In this document: in pieces, positions 47,288-56,967 of the stretch
Layout of the letters: every line of letters starts with the position of its first letter
Position numbering within the stretch: position 1 is the stretch's first letter
Assembly: GCA_903908715.1 (NCBI GenBank)
Contig: CAIVSY010000041.1
Span: 11,314-75,313, forward strand
Source: an uncultured bacterium
Lineage (GTDB): Bacteria; Verrucomicrobiota; Kiritimatiellia; CAIKKV01; CAITUY01
DNA length: 64,000 bases
Direction: 5' to 3'
Translations under genes and position numbers: made by a program
The notes under the pieces: model-generated
Databases searched by the model: none
What the model was told of the DNA's origin: nothing
The model's input: only the letters and a program-made list of their open reading frames with translations

Positions 47288-47833
47288 ATGAAGCGTTTTC
47301 TGACTGTCCTGGTTGCGGTATGTACGGCTTGCTGCCTGCAGGCGGCCAATCCGAACGCGGCCAAGGAGGTTTCCTTTTCGCTCCTGAAGACCGCACCGGA
47401 GAAACACAAAGGCCGGCTGGTCACCTATTCCGAGGTGTTCCGTGATTTCGCCAACACGTTCCCGCCTTATATGGAAATGGCGGGTTTTAAATCCACCCGT
47501 TGGCTCTTGTTGACGATCGGCGACCTGAAACTGCCGGTGCTGATCAAGAAAAAGGATGATGTAACCGCCATGGTGGCGGATCTCAAGCCGGGCACCATGG
47601 TGATTGTCACCGGACGGATCCGTGAGTTCAAGGTGGATCCGAAGATGCCGGCCTACGCGAAGTACTATGTGGACGCCGATACCATTGTCCCGGTTCCCGG
47701 GGCGCCAGTCCAACCAGCCCAGCCGGTCCAGGGAATGGCCCCTGTGAGGCCACAGCCTCAACCCCAGCCGCAGCCGCAGAATGCCGTTCGGCAAGTTCCC
47801 GTGCAGAAGGGTGCCGAACCGCCCCCATTCTGA
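47288..47833 (+). CDS. Secreted protein, possible OB-fold, with Pro/Gln-rich tail
   Basis: Signal peptide MKRFLTVL...LQA; LKPGTMVIVTGRI; AAGGAG RBS. Confidence 0.7.
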   Translation: MKRFLTVLVAVCTACCLQAANPNAAKEVSFSLLKTAPEKHKGRLVTYSEVFRDFANTFPPYMEMAGFKSTRWLLLTIGDLKLPVLIKKKDDVTAMVADLKPGTMVIVTGRIREFKVDPKMPAYAKYYVDADTIVPVPGAPVQPAQPVQGMAPVRPQPQPQPQPQNAVRQVPVQKGAEPPPF

Positions 47834-47879
47834 GGCTCCGGGCCAAACGGCCGGAGAAAGTCGGACAACCGCCGGGCTC

Positions 47880-48368
47880 TTATTTTTCCTGTTTCAGGAG
47901 TTCTATCACCTGACGGAACTTGGCCACATTTTCGGGATTGGCTGCGCCCAGGGCCTCATGGGCCTGAATCATCGTGTCGCGCATGACGGCCTCATCCTTT
48001 TGCAGGCCGCGCACCAGGTCCCCAAGGGGGAGCCATTGTGCGTCGGCGCACGGACGCTCGGTGAGGGAGAAATAGCGCAGGATCCCGAGACCCTTTAATT
48101 GCGACACCACCTTCTCGGACGGGTTTGCGATGGACAGGGCGATTGCTGTGCCTTCGCGGTCCAGCACCGCCATGGAAAGGACGCCCATGAATGTGCTGTC
48201 CATGGAGACGCAGTCTGCGGCTTCCACGACAACCTGCAATACCCCGGCTTTTTTCAAGCGCAGGAAGAGCTCACGCAAATCAGGGCCGAATACAAAGGTT
48301 GCCCGTCCGGAAACCCGTATGCGGGCTTCCGTCTTGGATATATCCACCAGAACGGCTGATTCCGTCAT
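47880..48368 (-). CDS. STAS-domain anti-sigma-factor antagonist
   Basis: GRATF, CVSMDSTFMGVL, LKGLGI. Confidence 0.85.
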   Translation of the reverse strand: MTESAVLVDISKTEARIRVSGRATFVFGPDLRELFLRLKKAGVLQVVVEAADCVSMDSTFMGVLSMAVLDREGTAIALSIANPSEKVVSQLKGLGILRYFSLTERPCADAQWLPLGDLVRGLQKDEAVMRDTMIQAHEALGAANPENVAKFRQVIELLKQEK

Positions 48369-49600
48369 TGTCTCTTTCCTCTCCTCTCATCCGCGATTTC
48401 AATTCCGACGAGGCAGATATCATCGTCGAATTCCGAACCTTCCGCAAAGGCCTCCGCCTGGGCCATCACCTGTTGGAGGAGGGCCTGGATTGGAAGCCGG
48501 CCGGCTGCATGGGCAGCGGCGGCTAGACGGTCCAAACCATACTCCTGACCGGCTGGATTGTGCAACTCGTAAAGTCCATCGGTGAACAGAAGGAGCTTGT
48601 CGCCGCGCATGAGGCTCCACTGCCGTGCGGTGTACCGGTAGGCGCCATCGATGCCCAGTGCCGGACCGCCGACATCGCCATCGAGGAGGAACCTGCCCGG
48701 GCTGGCTGAACCAGTCCGCAGCAGGATGGGCGGCGGGTGCCCGGCAATGGAGACGGTGAAGCGCCCCTCGGCGATATCCGTCACAACATAGGCGGCCGAG
48801 GCGAACACAAGTTGCTGGGGCTCGCGGAGAAGGTCGACCAGGATACGGTTTGTTTCCGTCAGGAGCTGTGCCGGGTCGGCGGCATAGGGACGCAATCGCT
48901 CCATGAGTCCGCGGAGGATGGCGGTAACCAGGGCCGCCCGCATTCCATGCCCCATGACATCGCAGATCAATGTCCCGGCCGAGTGGGAGGATAGCGTGAA
49001 GAGACTCAGGAAATCCCCGCCGATGGTGCGACATGGAAGGTAGATATGCCCGAATTGAACGGCGGCCTCCGACGGCGGCGCCTCCGGTGGGATCCGGGGA
49101 TACTGCCGCGGCATGAGTGCATGCTGGACTTCGCGGGCCAGGGCCAGGTCGGCATTCATGGCCTCGTTGCGCTGGCGAAGCTCCTCGGCCACCTGGAGCA
49201 TGTGGGCCTGGGCATGCTTGCGCTCAATGGCGTACAGGATGGAACGGATCAGGAACCGCGCCTCGGTGTGCCCCTTGATGAGGTAGTCTTCCGCGCCCTC
49301 GTGGATCGCCCGCGTCCCGAGTTCCTCATCTTGCAGACCGGTCAGGAGGAGAATGGGGGTGTCCTGCGCCGCAGCCCGGATGCGCGAGAAGGTCGACCAC
49401 CCGGAGGAATCCGGCAATGTCAGGTCCAGCAGGATGACTTGGGGCTTATTCCGGAGCAGGGCCAGGCCTTCTGCAAGTGTCCTGGCGCGGTGCGGGTCGA
49501 ATCGGGTTTCATCACGGGATTGCGACAGCAGGCGGGTGGTAAGCGTATAGTCGAATTCGTCGTCCTCGATGATCAGCACGCGTATGGGCGTTATGTTCAT
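48365..49600 (-). CDS. Response regulator fused to PP2C/SpoIIE phosphatase (RsbU-like)
   Basis: LIIEDD, LLDLTLPD receiver; IGGDF, CDVMGHG, AGHPPP, FTDGL, DDIC. Confidence 0.9.
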   Translation of the reverse strand: MNITPIRVLIIEDDEFDYTLTTRLLSQSRDETRFDPHRARTLAEGLALLRNKPQVILLDLTLPDSSGWSTFSRIRAAAQDTPILLLTGLQDEELGTRAIHEGAEDYLIKGHTEARFLIRSILYAIERKHAQAHMLQVAEELRQRNEAMNADLALAREVQHALMPRQYPRIPPEAPPSEAAVQFGHIYLPCRTIGGDFLSLFTLSSHSAGTLICDVMGHGMRAALVTAILRGLMERLRPYAADPAQLLTETNRILVDLLREPQQLVFASAAYVVTDIAEGRFTVSIAGHPPPILLRTGSASPGRFLLDGDVGGPALGIDGAYRYTARQWSLMRGDKLLLFTDGLYELHNPAGQEYGLDRLAAAAHAAGRLPIQALLQQVMAQAEAFAEGSEFDDDICLVGIEIADERRGKRQ

Positions 49601-49765
49601 GCGCGACACTCCATTGTGTCCGGTCGCGATCGGTCCCCGTCCGCCTTCATCTTGCTCCAATGCTCCGGAGCGTCAAGCCGAATCCGGGGATGTTGGGTTC
49701 CGGATTCGATCTCGACCTGTGGCGGGAGCATACTGTAGTTTCTGGCTGGCATCGGGGAGGAAGGC

Positions 49766-50572
49766 ATGAAGCACAATAAGCTCATTCAGGAAATCAATGC
49801 AGCCAGGGTTACGCCCGGCCACTGTGCGGTGTGGTGGCTCGGCCAGCACGGGTTTGCGGTGAAACTGGGGCGGACGGTTTGCTACATCGATGCCTACCTC
49901 GAGCCGCATCCGGAACGCACGGTTCCGCCCCTGTTACTTCCGGAGGAAGTGACGAATGCCGACCTCGTTCTCGGCTCCCATGACCACAGCGACCATATTG
50001 ATCGGTGGGCCTGGCCGGGGATTGCCATGGCCTCGCCAAAGGCCAGATTCGTGGTTCCGGAGCTGCTAAAGAAGAAGGCGGCCAGGGAACTGGGGATTCC
50101 CGAGGAGCGGTTCCTCGGAGTCGATCTCGGGTTGTCCGCCCGGTTTGCGGGAGTCAAGGTGTCGGGTGTGCCGGCGGCCCATGAGTTGCTGGAGCGGGAC
50201 CGGCGGACGGGCCTGCACCCGAATCTGGGCTTTGTGGTCCAGGGCAACGGGATCACCCTCTACCATGCGGGCGACACCTGTATGTACGAAGGCATACATG
50301 CGATTCTGCGGCAATGGAAGTTCGACGCCGTATTCCTGCCCATCAACGGGCGTGATGCCGCGCGGCTCCGGGCGAACTGTATCGGGAACATGACCTACCA
50401 GGAGGCGGCGGATCTTGCAGGGGCGATCCGCCCGCGGTTCACGGTGCCAACGCACTTCGAGATGTTTGCATCCAATTCCGCCGATCCCAGCCTGTTTGCC
50501 GATTATGTCGGCGTCAAGTATCCCCGCTTGGCTGTACGCATCCCGGAACACGGCCGGAAATGGCTCCTGTAA
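49766..50572 (+). CDS. MBL-fold metallo-hydrolase (UlaG-like)
   Basis: WWLGQHGF, SHDHSDHID, YHAGDT, LPING, PTHFEMF. Confidence 0.88.
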   Translation: MKHNKLIQEINAARVTPGHCAVWWLGQHGFAVKLGRTVCYIDAYLEPHPERTVPPLLLPEEVTNADLVLGSHDHSDHIDRWAWPGIAMASPKARFVVPELLKKKAARELGIPEERFLGVDLGLSARFAGVKVSGVPAAHELLERDRRTGLHPNLGFVVQGNGITLYHAGDTCMYEGIHAILRQWKFDAVFLPINGRDAARLRANCIGNMTYQEAADLAGAIRPRFTVPTHFEMFASNSADPSLFADYVGVKYPRLAVRIPEHGRKWLL

Positions 50573-50686
50573 GGGTGCGGATGGCCGCCTGGCCGCACGC
50601 CGGCGCTCCACCTGAAGCGTACTCCGGAACGAGTCCGCGGAACGGCCCAGCTTGATTTTTCCGGTTCCCTGCCGCACACTGCCGGC

Positions 50687-51985
50687 ATGAAGAGCACCAA
50701 CCCGTACGCATTACCCCGGAATGAGATTGAACGTTTACGAAGCCTCGCCCGACGCCAGGCGGAACTTGCGGCGCTTCCCGTCATGCAGGCCCGCCGGCAA
50801 TTGTGGACTGACATGAATGACGCCAAACCCGGGGCCCGCCCCCCGTTTGCGATCGAAAGCTGGACCTTTGACCGCGATTTCATGCCGTCTTCACTGTTCC
50901 AGTGCCAGACTCCGTACGCGAGGGGGCTGGAGAACACATTCCTGCGCCATATCCGGCACCATGAGATCCTGAATGACGACCACGTCTGCCCCGCAACACT
51001 CGACATGGGCTGGCACGTCCGATACGACGAGTTCGGGATTCAGATCAAGACCGAGTATGAGAAGGATGCCGAGGGGCAGGTGCTCGGGTATCACTTCGAT
51101 TGTCCGGTCAAGGACTTGAGGGATGGTTTTGACATGATCCGGCCATCCACCTACAGCCTGGACCGGGAAGGGACGATGGCGGAAAAAGCGTTTCTCGAGG
51201 AGACCTTTGGCGACATCCTGCCTGTGGCCATCCGCTCCGGGACGTTCGGGCAGAACAACCTGACCCAGCGCCTGATGCGGATCATGAGCATGGAAACCTT
51301 CTTCCTCGGCATGGCCGATTGCCCCGAAAAGGTGCATGGCATCATGACCCTGTTGAAGGACAATGCCAAGGGAATGGCGCTCTGGGGTGAGAGGGAGGGT
51401 CTGCTGACCCTCAACAATGGCAACGAGTGCACCTGCGGAACCTGTTTCAACTTCACAACCCTGTTGCCGCGGAAGCCGGCTGCGCCGGGGTCGGTCAAGT
51501 TGAAGGACATGTGGGCGGGGATGGACAGCCAGGAGACGGTGGGGGTATCGCCGGCCCAGTTCCATGAATTCTGTTTCCCGTACTACAAGGAGCTGGCCGA
51601 GTTGTTCGGCTTTGTGTACTGGGGTTGCTGCGAGCCGGCGGACCCGATCTGGGAGACTTCGCTGAGCCGGCTTCCCAATCTCAAGGCGGTCTCGATTTCC
51701 AAGTGGGCGCGGCAGGAGTACATGGCCGAGATGCTGGCGGGCAAGGGCATTGTGTTCTCCCGCAAGCCGGACCCGAACCTGCTGGGTGTGGATGTGCAAT
51801 TGAACGAGGCCGCCTGGGCAGAGGAAATCCGGCGGACGTTGGACCTTACTGTGAAACGGAATGTTCCCCTTTCATTCGTGGTCCGCGATGTGTACACGAT
51901 GCATGGCAACCTGGAAAAGGCGCGCCGTGCCGTGGAAATCGGACGCAGGGAGATTGACCGGGTTTTCGGTCCTCTACGGGTATAG
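50687..51985 (+). CDS. Uroporphyrinogen decarboxylase-like (UroD/MetE fold) protein of unknown function
   Basis: SQETVGVSP, FCFPYY, YWGCCEP, SISKWA, SRKPDP. Confidence 0.65.
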   Translation: MKSTNPYALPRNEIERLRSLARRQAELAALPVMQARRQLWTDMNDAKPGARPPFAIESWTFDRDFMPSSLFQCQTPYARGLENTFLRHIRHHEILNDDHVCPATLDMGWHVRYDEFGIQIKTEYEKDAEGQVLGYHFDCPVKDLRDGFDMIRPSTYSLDREGTMAEKAFLEETFGDILPVAIRSGTFGQNNLTQRLMRIMSMETFFLGMADCPEKVHGIMTLLKDNAKGMALWGEREGLLTLNNGNECTCGTCFNFTTLLPRKPAAPGSVKLKDMWAGMDSQETVGVSPAQFHEFCFPYYKELAELFGFVYWGCCEPADPIWETSLSRLPNLKAVSISKWARQEYMAEMLAGKGIVFSRKPDPNLLGVDVQLNEAAWAEEIRRTLDLTVKRNVPLSFVVRDVYTMHGNLEKARRAVEIGRREIDRVFGPLRV

Positions 51986-52027
51986 GGTTCATGCGGGGAG
52001 ACAGGCGGGGAAGGTCCGGAGGCGAGT

Positions 52028-53437
52028 ATGATGGAGTGCGATCCTGTGGCGGAGAAGGTCGGCGGCTGGATGGCCCGTGCGCGGCGGGCCCAGCAGGCGG
52101 TCGAGTTTGCCACGCAGGAAAAGGTGGATGAGATCACCACCCGGGTGGCCTGGGCGGCGGTCCAGCCGGATTTCGCCCGTCAGCTGGCCGAAACCCTGGT
52201 TGCCGAGAGCGGGATGGGAGAGGGTGCCGACAAGGTGGCCAAGATCATGACCAAGGTTCGCGGCACCTTGCGGGACATGAAGGGCCGGAAATCGGCGGGA
52301 GTGGTTTTTGAGGATCCGGCGACGGGCATCCGGAGGCTGGCCAAGCCGGTTGGTGTCATAGGCGCCATCCTTCCTGTGACCAATGGGGAGGCGACCCCGC
52401 TGGTGAAGATTCTCTGCGCGCTCAAGACCCGAAATGCCATCCTGCTGGCTCCGCATCCCAAAGCGCAGAAGACTTGTGATCTGGCCGTGGCCCGGGTGCG
52501 AGCCCTCCTCCGGCAACAGGGTTGGCCGGAGGATCTCGTGATCGGGATTGCTCCCGTATCCGTGGAGATCAGCCGCGAATTGATGCGGCAGTGCGACCTG
52601 GTGATTGCCACCGGCGGCCCCGCCCTTGTCCAGGCCGCGCACACCAGCGGAACCCCCAGTTACGGGGTGGGAGCCGGGAATGCCGTTTGCCTGATCGACG
52701 AGACCGCGGATGCAAAGGACGCGGCACATAAGATCATGCAGTCGAAGACGTTTGACCATGCGACCAGTTGTTCCGCCGAAAACGCCCTGGCCATCCAGGA
52801 AAGCATCTATGAAACGATGATGCGGGAGTTGGAGGCGGCAGGGGGCTATTGTGTCACGCCGGAGGAAAAGATCCGGTTGCAGGCGGTCCTGTGGGATCCG
52901 GAAAAGAACATACTGAACCGTGCGGCGGTAGCTCGTCCGGCCGGGGTGATTGCCACCCTGGCGGGGATCCGTCTGCCGGAGGGGAAGCGTTTCCTGCTTG
53001 TTCCTGAAACCGGGGTCGGGCCGGCCTATCCTTTCTCAGGGGAAAAGCTTTCCGTCACGCTGGCGGTCTACCGGTGGAAGACCTTCGAGGAGGCCCTGGA
53101 ACTGGCGGACCGCATCCTTGCGCATTCGGGGGCAGGCCACTCCTGCGGGATTCACACTACCAGCGATGCGCGTGTGCTCGAGATGGCGCGCAGGGTCAAG
53201 GTTTCGCGCATCATGGTTCGCCAGCCGCAATCCCTGGCGAGTTCGGGGGCATGGACCAATGGCATGCCCATGAGTCTTACGCTGGGTTGCGGGACCTGGG
53301 GCGGGAATATCAGCAGCTCGAATATTACATGGGAGCACATGCTCAACTACACGTGGGTGTCCTGCCCGATACCCGCCGCACAGCCGACGGATGAGGAACT
53401 CTTCGGAGGGATCATCCAGGAAGGACGGACGGAATGA
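52028..53437 (+). CDS. CoA-acylating aldehyde dehydrogenase (AdhE-N/SauS-like)
   Basis: PVTNGEATP, ATGG, GVGAGN, SKTFDHATSCSAEN, GEKLS, TLGCGTWGGN. Confidence 0.88.
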   Translation: MMECDPVAEKVGGWMARARRAQQAVEFATQEKVDEITTRVAWAAVQPDFARQLAETLVAESGMGEGADKVAKIMTKVRGTLRDMKGRKSAGVVFEDPATGIRRLAKPVGVIGAILPVTNGEATPLVKILCALKTRNAILLAPHPKAQKTCDLAVARVRALLRQQGWPEDLVIGIAPVSVEISRELMRQCDLVIATGGPALVQAAHTSGTPSYGVGAGNAVCLIDETADAKDAAHKIMQSKTFDHATSCSAENALAIQESIYETMMRELEAAGGYCVTPEEKIRLQAVLWDPEKNILNRAAVARPAGVIATLAGIRLPEGKRFLLVPETGVGPAYPFSGEKLSVTLAVYRWKTFEEALELADRILAHSGAGHSCGIHTTSDARVLEMARRVKVSRIMVRQPQSLASSGAWTNGMPMSLTLGCGTWGGNISSSNITWEHMLNYTWVSCPIPAAQPTDEELFGGIIQEGRTE

Positions 53438-54648
53438 AACAAGAGGGCCAGTGTATGCACACAGGAACCCTCTGCGCCCGCGAGTACCGTACCGGCAAGG
53501 GGATTCAAGTGGCCTGGCAGTCCGGTGCCGTGACGTGTGTCGAGCCGGCCGAGGTGACGGAGGATATCTGGATCGCCCCGGGCTTGACGGATCTCCAGGT
53601 GAACGGGTATGGCGGGGTCGATTTCCAGGATTCCGCGCTGACGCTGGAGTCCCTGCGAAAGGCCGTTCGGGCCCTGCAGCGGGACGGCTGCTTCCAGTTT
53701 TTCCCGACACTGATAACCGATGACTGGTCTGCCATGATTGCCCGGTTACGCCGCATCCGGGGCTTTCGTGAACAATGTCCCGAACTGCAGGCCGCCATTG
53801 CGGGATGGCATCTCGAGGGGCCCTTTCTTTCGCCGGTTCCCGGGTATTGCGGCGCCCATCCGAAGGAAAAAATGATTCGGCCGACACCGGGCCACATCCG
53901 GGAACTGCGCGAAGCGACAGGAAACGATCCGGTCCTGCTGACGGTGGCACCGGAGCAGGAAGGGGTTCTGGAGGTCCTGCCGCTTGCCGCATCGCTGGGG
54001 ATCCGCATCAGTCTCGGGCATTCCAACGCATCCGCCGCGCAACTCGCGGCAGCCGTGCGCGGGGGCGCTGTTTCCTTCACGCACCTCGGGAACGGCTGCC
54101 CGCAGGCCCTTGACCGGCATGACAACATTCTCTGGCGGGTCATCGGGTCGGAGGCACTTCATCCCGGTTTGATTCCCGACAGTATTCATATCTCACCGGC
54201 ACTTTTCCGGATCCTGCATCGAGCCATGGATCCTGCGCGTTTCTGGTACACAACGGACGCCGTACACCCTGCCGGCGCCCCCTGCGGGCGGTACCGGATC
54301 CTGGGCGGGACAGAGGTTGAGGTGGGCCCGGATCAGGTGGTTCGTGTGCCCGGGGCGGCCAACTTTGCCGGATCGGCATTGCGTCCGCTGGAGGGCATTT
54401 TCCGTGCCGCGGAAATGCTGGGCTGTTCGTGGCGGGAGGTTTGGGACCGCTTTACGCTGCAACCGCGTCACTGGATGGGAATGAAAGACGCTGCGATCGT
54501 CCCCGGCGGTGCGGCGAGTTTCTGTATCCTGGATTTCCGGAAATCCGGTCAGCCTGTTGTTGAAACGTACATACAGGGCGAGAAGCGTTCCTCGCTTCCC
54601 GCGAAGGCTTGGATGGGCGGGGCCGGGATTCCCGACGAACGGTCATGA
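53434..54648 (+). CDS. N-acetylglucosamine-6-phosphate deacetylase-like amidohydrolase
   Basis: PGLTDLQVNG, HLEGPF, TVAPE, GHSNA, THLGN, TDA. Confidence 0.85.
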   Translation: MKQEGQCMHTGTLCAREYRTGKGIQVAWQSGAVTCVEPAEVTEDIWIAPGLTDLQVNGYGGVDFQDSALTLESLRKAVRALQRDGCFQFFPTLITDDWSAMIARLRRIRGFREQCPELQAAIAGWHLEGPFLSPVPGYCGAHPKEKMIRPTPGHIRELREATGNDPVLLTVAPEQEGVLEVLPLAASLGIRISLGHSNASAAQLAAAVRGGAVSFTHLGNGCPQALDRHDNILWRVIGSEALHPGLIPDSIHISPALFRILHRAMDPARFWYTTDAVHPAGAPCGRYRILGGTEVEVGPDQVVRVPGAANFAGSALRPLEGIFRAAEMLGCSWREVWDRFTLQPRHWMGMKDAAIVPGGAASFCILDFRKSGQPVVETYIQGEKRSSLPAKAWMGGAGIPDERS

Positions 54649-54718
54649 CCCGGTCAAGAACCGTTCGTCGGGCCGCGCAATCATGCGCCGCATGTCCGGC
54701 ATGCCGCCGGTGCGGCGG

Positions 54719-55828
54719 TTACGCAAGGCCTTCGTTGAAGAACACAAACAGGCCTTCCTTGCCCGGGGCCACGAGGTCCAGCCGGCCGGTTCCGCGCAAG
54801 TCTGCCAGGGCGAAGTGGATGCCGCAGCCCTTGCCGGTACCGATGGGGCCATAGTCAATCACCTGTTTGGCGAAACCTTCCCCGGTCCACTTGAAGTAGT
54901 AGAGGCCGATGTCATCCCATTCACCCGGTTCGTTGCCGCAATGTGCGCGGTGGCGCTTGCCCGTCACGAGTTCCGGCTTGCCGTCGCCGTCGATATCGGC
55001 CCAGTGCAGATCGTGATACTGGGCGTTGTAGGGATCAATCGGATGGTGGATCCAGGTCCGCTTCCCGGCCTGGACCTTTTGCTCGCTCCACCACAGGCCG
55101 TAGCCGTGCGCGTTGCCGGTGATGATTTCATTGACGCCGTCACCGTTCAAGTCCACGACCAGCATAGGCACACTGCCTGCCCAGCCCCACGGCGGATTGG
55201 GGAAATCCTCGTGCCAGATCCATTTGCCCTTTTCGGGGTCGGCGGGCGCTTCCAGCCAGCCCTTGACCAGCACGATATCCATGCGTCCGTTTCCGGCGAT
55301 ATCGCCGCAGCCGAGTCCGTGGCCTTGTGTTCCGTTCTCGAACCGGTAGACAACGATCTTCCGGAACTTGCCGGTGCCCTTGCCGCGGGAATCGGTGATG
55401 AGCTTGTAGTAGGCGACCTCGGGGTTCGGCGGCGTGTTCGGCAGGATCTCGAGGATGCCGTCGCCGTCAATATCCCAGGCGCGTGTGGTCTCCACATTGC
55501 CGGTGTTCTCGGCCAGGATGTGCTCGGGCCAGGGTTGCGTCGGGTCCTTGGGGTTTTCCCGCCAGCGCAGGTTGTTCCCCCACCAGCCGCCGGTCACATA
55601 GTCCATCCGGCCATTGCCGTTGATGTCCATGGCGATGGTCGAAAAGTCGTCGTAATACTCGCCTTCCCGCTTCGGTTCGCCGATGAGGTGCTTCTTCCGG
55701 AAATCGGGCCCCTCGTACCAGAATCCGCCGCTGACGATATCCGGCTTGCCGTCGCCGTTCACATCAAACACGCCGGCCGACTCATAACATTCGTCCGCAA
55801 TCCACTGCTTCTTCCACTGCACAGGCAT
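54719..55828 (-). CDS. FG-GAP/VCBS-repeat beta-propeller protein
   Basis: Repeated DVNGDGKPDIV, DINGNGRMD, DIDGDG, DLNGDG motifs; no signal peptide. Confidence 0.85.
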   Translation of the reverse strand: MPVQWKKQWIADECYESAGVFDVNGDGKPDIVSGGFWYEGPDFRKKHLIGEPKREGEYYDDFSTIAMDINGNGRMDYVTGGWWGNNLRWRENPKDPTQPWPEHILAENTGNVETTRAWDIDGDGILEILPNTPPNPEVAYYKLITDSRGKGTGKFRKIVVYRFENGTQGHGLGCGDIAGNGRMDIVLVKGWLEAPADPEKGKWIWHEDFPNPPWGWAGSVPMLVVDLNGDGVNEIITGNAHGYGLWWSEQKVQAGKRTWIHHPIDPYNAQYHDLHWADIDGDGKPELVTGKRHRAHCGNEPGEWDDIGLYYFKWTGEGFAKQVIDYGPIGTGKGCGIHFALADLRGTGRLDLVAPGKEGLFVFFNEGLA

Positions 55829-55870
55829 GATCCGTATCCTTTCCCTGGTTCAGTTCCGTTCTTTCCGTTT

Positions 55871-56944
55871 TCAGACACCCATTGTCTTCTTCAAGGTTTC
55901 CACGAAGTACTTGTAGTTCGCCCACGGAACGTCCGGCGGAATGAGGTGGTCAAACCCCGGTATCCATCCCCCGCGAGCCAGCAGGCGCTCGGCGCGATTC
56001 AGTTCGCGGTGCATCTCGGGCTTGCCGGCGGCCAGTGCGCGCTTGTCCAGGCCGCCCATCAATCCCAGTTTGGGATAATTCCTGCCGAATGCCTCGACAT
56101 CGCTACCCGCCTGCGCCTCGAAGGGCATGAACGCATTGACACCATGCCGGGTGACTACGGCGAGGACCTCGTCCACCTGGCCATCCGAATCCACGGAGAG
56201 GATCTCGACGCCGTGTGCTTTGGCAAAGGCGGCGATCCGGTCGTAGCACGGCATCATGAATTCCTCCATCAGGGCTGGAGATATGAGGCTGCCCTGCTTG
56301 CCGGACATATCCTCCCAGATATGGATGTGGTGGATATGGACGCGTGCGGCCACCCGCTCATAGAGCCCCAGCCAGAGGCTGGTCAGGGTGTTCATCATGT
56401 CGTGAACCATTTCGGGATCATCATAGAACGCGAGCAGGGATTCCTCCGTGCCCAGGAGATCGCGGACGGTTCCGTACATTCCCCAGGGATAGGTTCCCGC
56501 CTGGATGGCCGCATCGGTTCCCCGCACGGACTGGACGAACTCTTCCAGCATCGCCGTCCGTTCTTCCAGCCGCGGTTCGAGCCGCTCCGCCTTGTAGCGC
56601 TCCCAGTCAGAACGGGACTTGACGGGATGCCCTACCCACTCAGGCATGGACATGCCATCCAGCCGGTTCCGCACGGTCAGGCCGCGGGAGTCCGTTGTCA
56701 CGACGAATTCGGCATCCCGTGACAATTCCAGGGATGGGAAATGCGGGAAAGCGCCGTATTCCAGCTGTGGCAGGTGGAAGAACGGCTCGAAGCCGAAGAA
56801 CGCCGCCACGTCATCGGGGCCGCCTTCCGTTTGCCAGCGCTGCATCGTCTGGCCCCAGGGAATAAATCCCAGCCACCACGAAAACGGGGCGCGGTCCGTC
56901 TTGCCGCACAGCAGGGTTTGTACGATCCTGTCCGCGTGATTCAT
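55871..56944 (-). CDS. Uroporphyrinogen decarboxylase/MtaA-family protein
   Basis: WEDMSGK, ISP, DSDG, PFEAQAG, GGLDK, DHLIPPDVP. Confidence 0.8.
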   Translation of the reverse strand: MNHADRIVQTLLCGKTDRAPFSWWLGFIPWGQTMQRWQTEGGPDDVAAFFGFEPFFHLPQLEYGAFPHFPSLELSRDAEFVVTTDSRGLTVRNRLDGMSMPEWVGHPVKSRSDWERYKAERLEPRLEERTAMLEEFVQSVRGTDAAIQAGTYPWGMYGTVRDLLGTEESLLAFYDDPEMVHDMMNTLTSLWLGLYERVAARVHIHHIHIWEDMSGKQGSLISPALMEEFMMPCYDRIAAFAKAHGVEILSVDSDGQVDEVLAVVTRHGVNAFMPFEAQAGSDVEAFGRNYPKLGLMGGLDKRALAAGKPEMHRELNRAERLLARGGWIPGFDHLIPPDVPWANYKYFVETLKKTMGV

Positions 56945-56967
56945 CCGGCGATGCACTCCGTGCCGCC

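Noticed and set aside
47700-47780. CAGCC-type short tandem repeats as a phase-variable locus
   Set aside because: They are imperfect codon repeats encoding a Pro/Gln linker, and the frame is intact.
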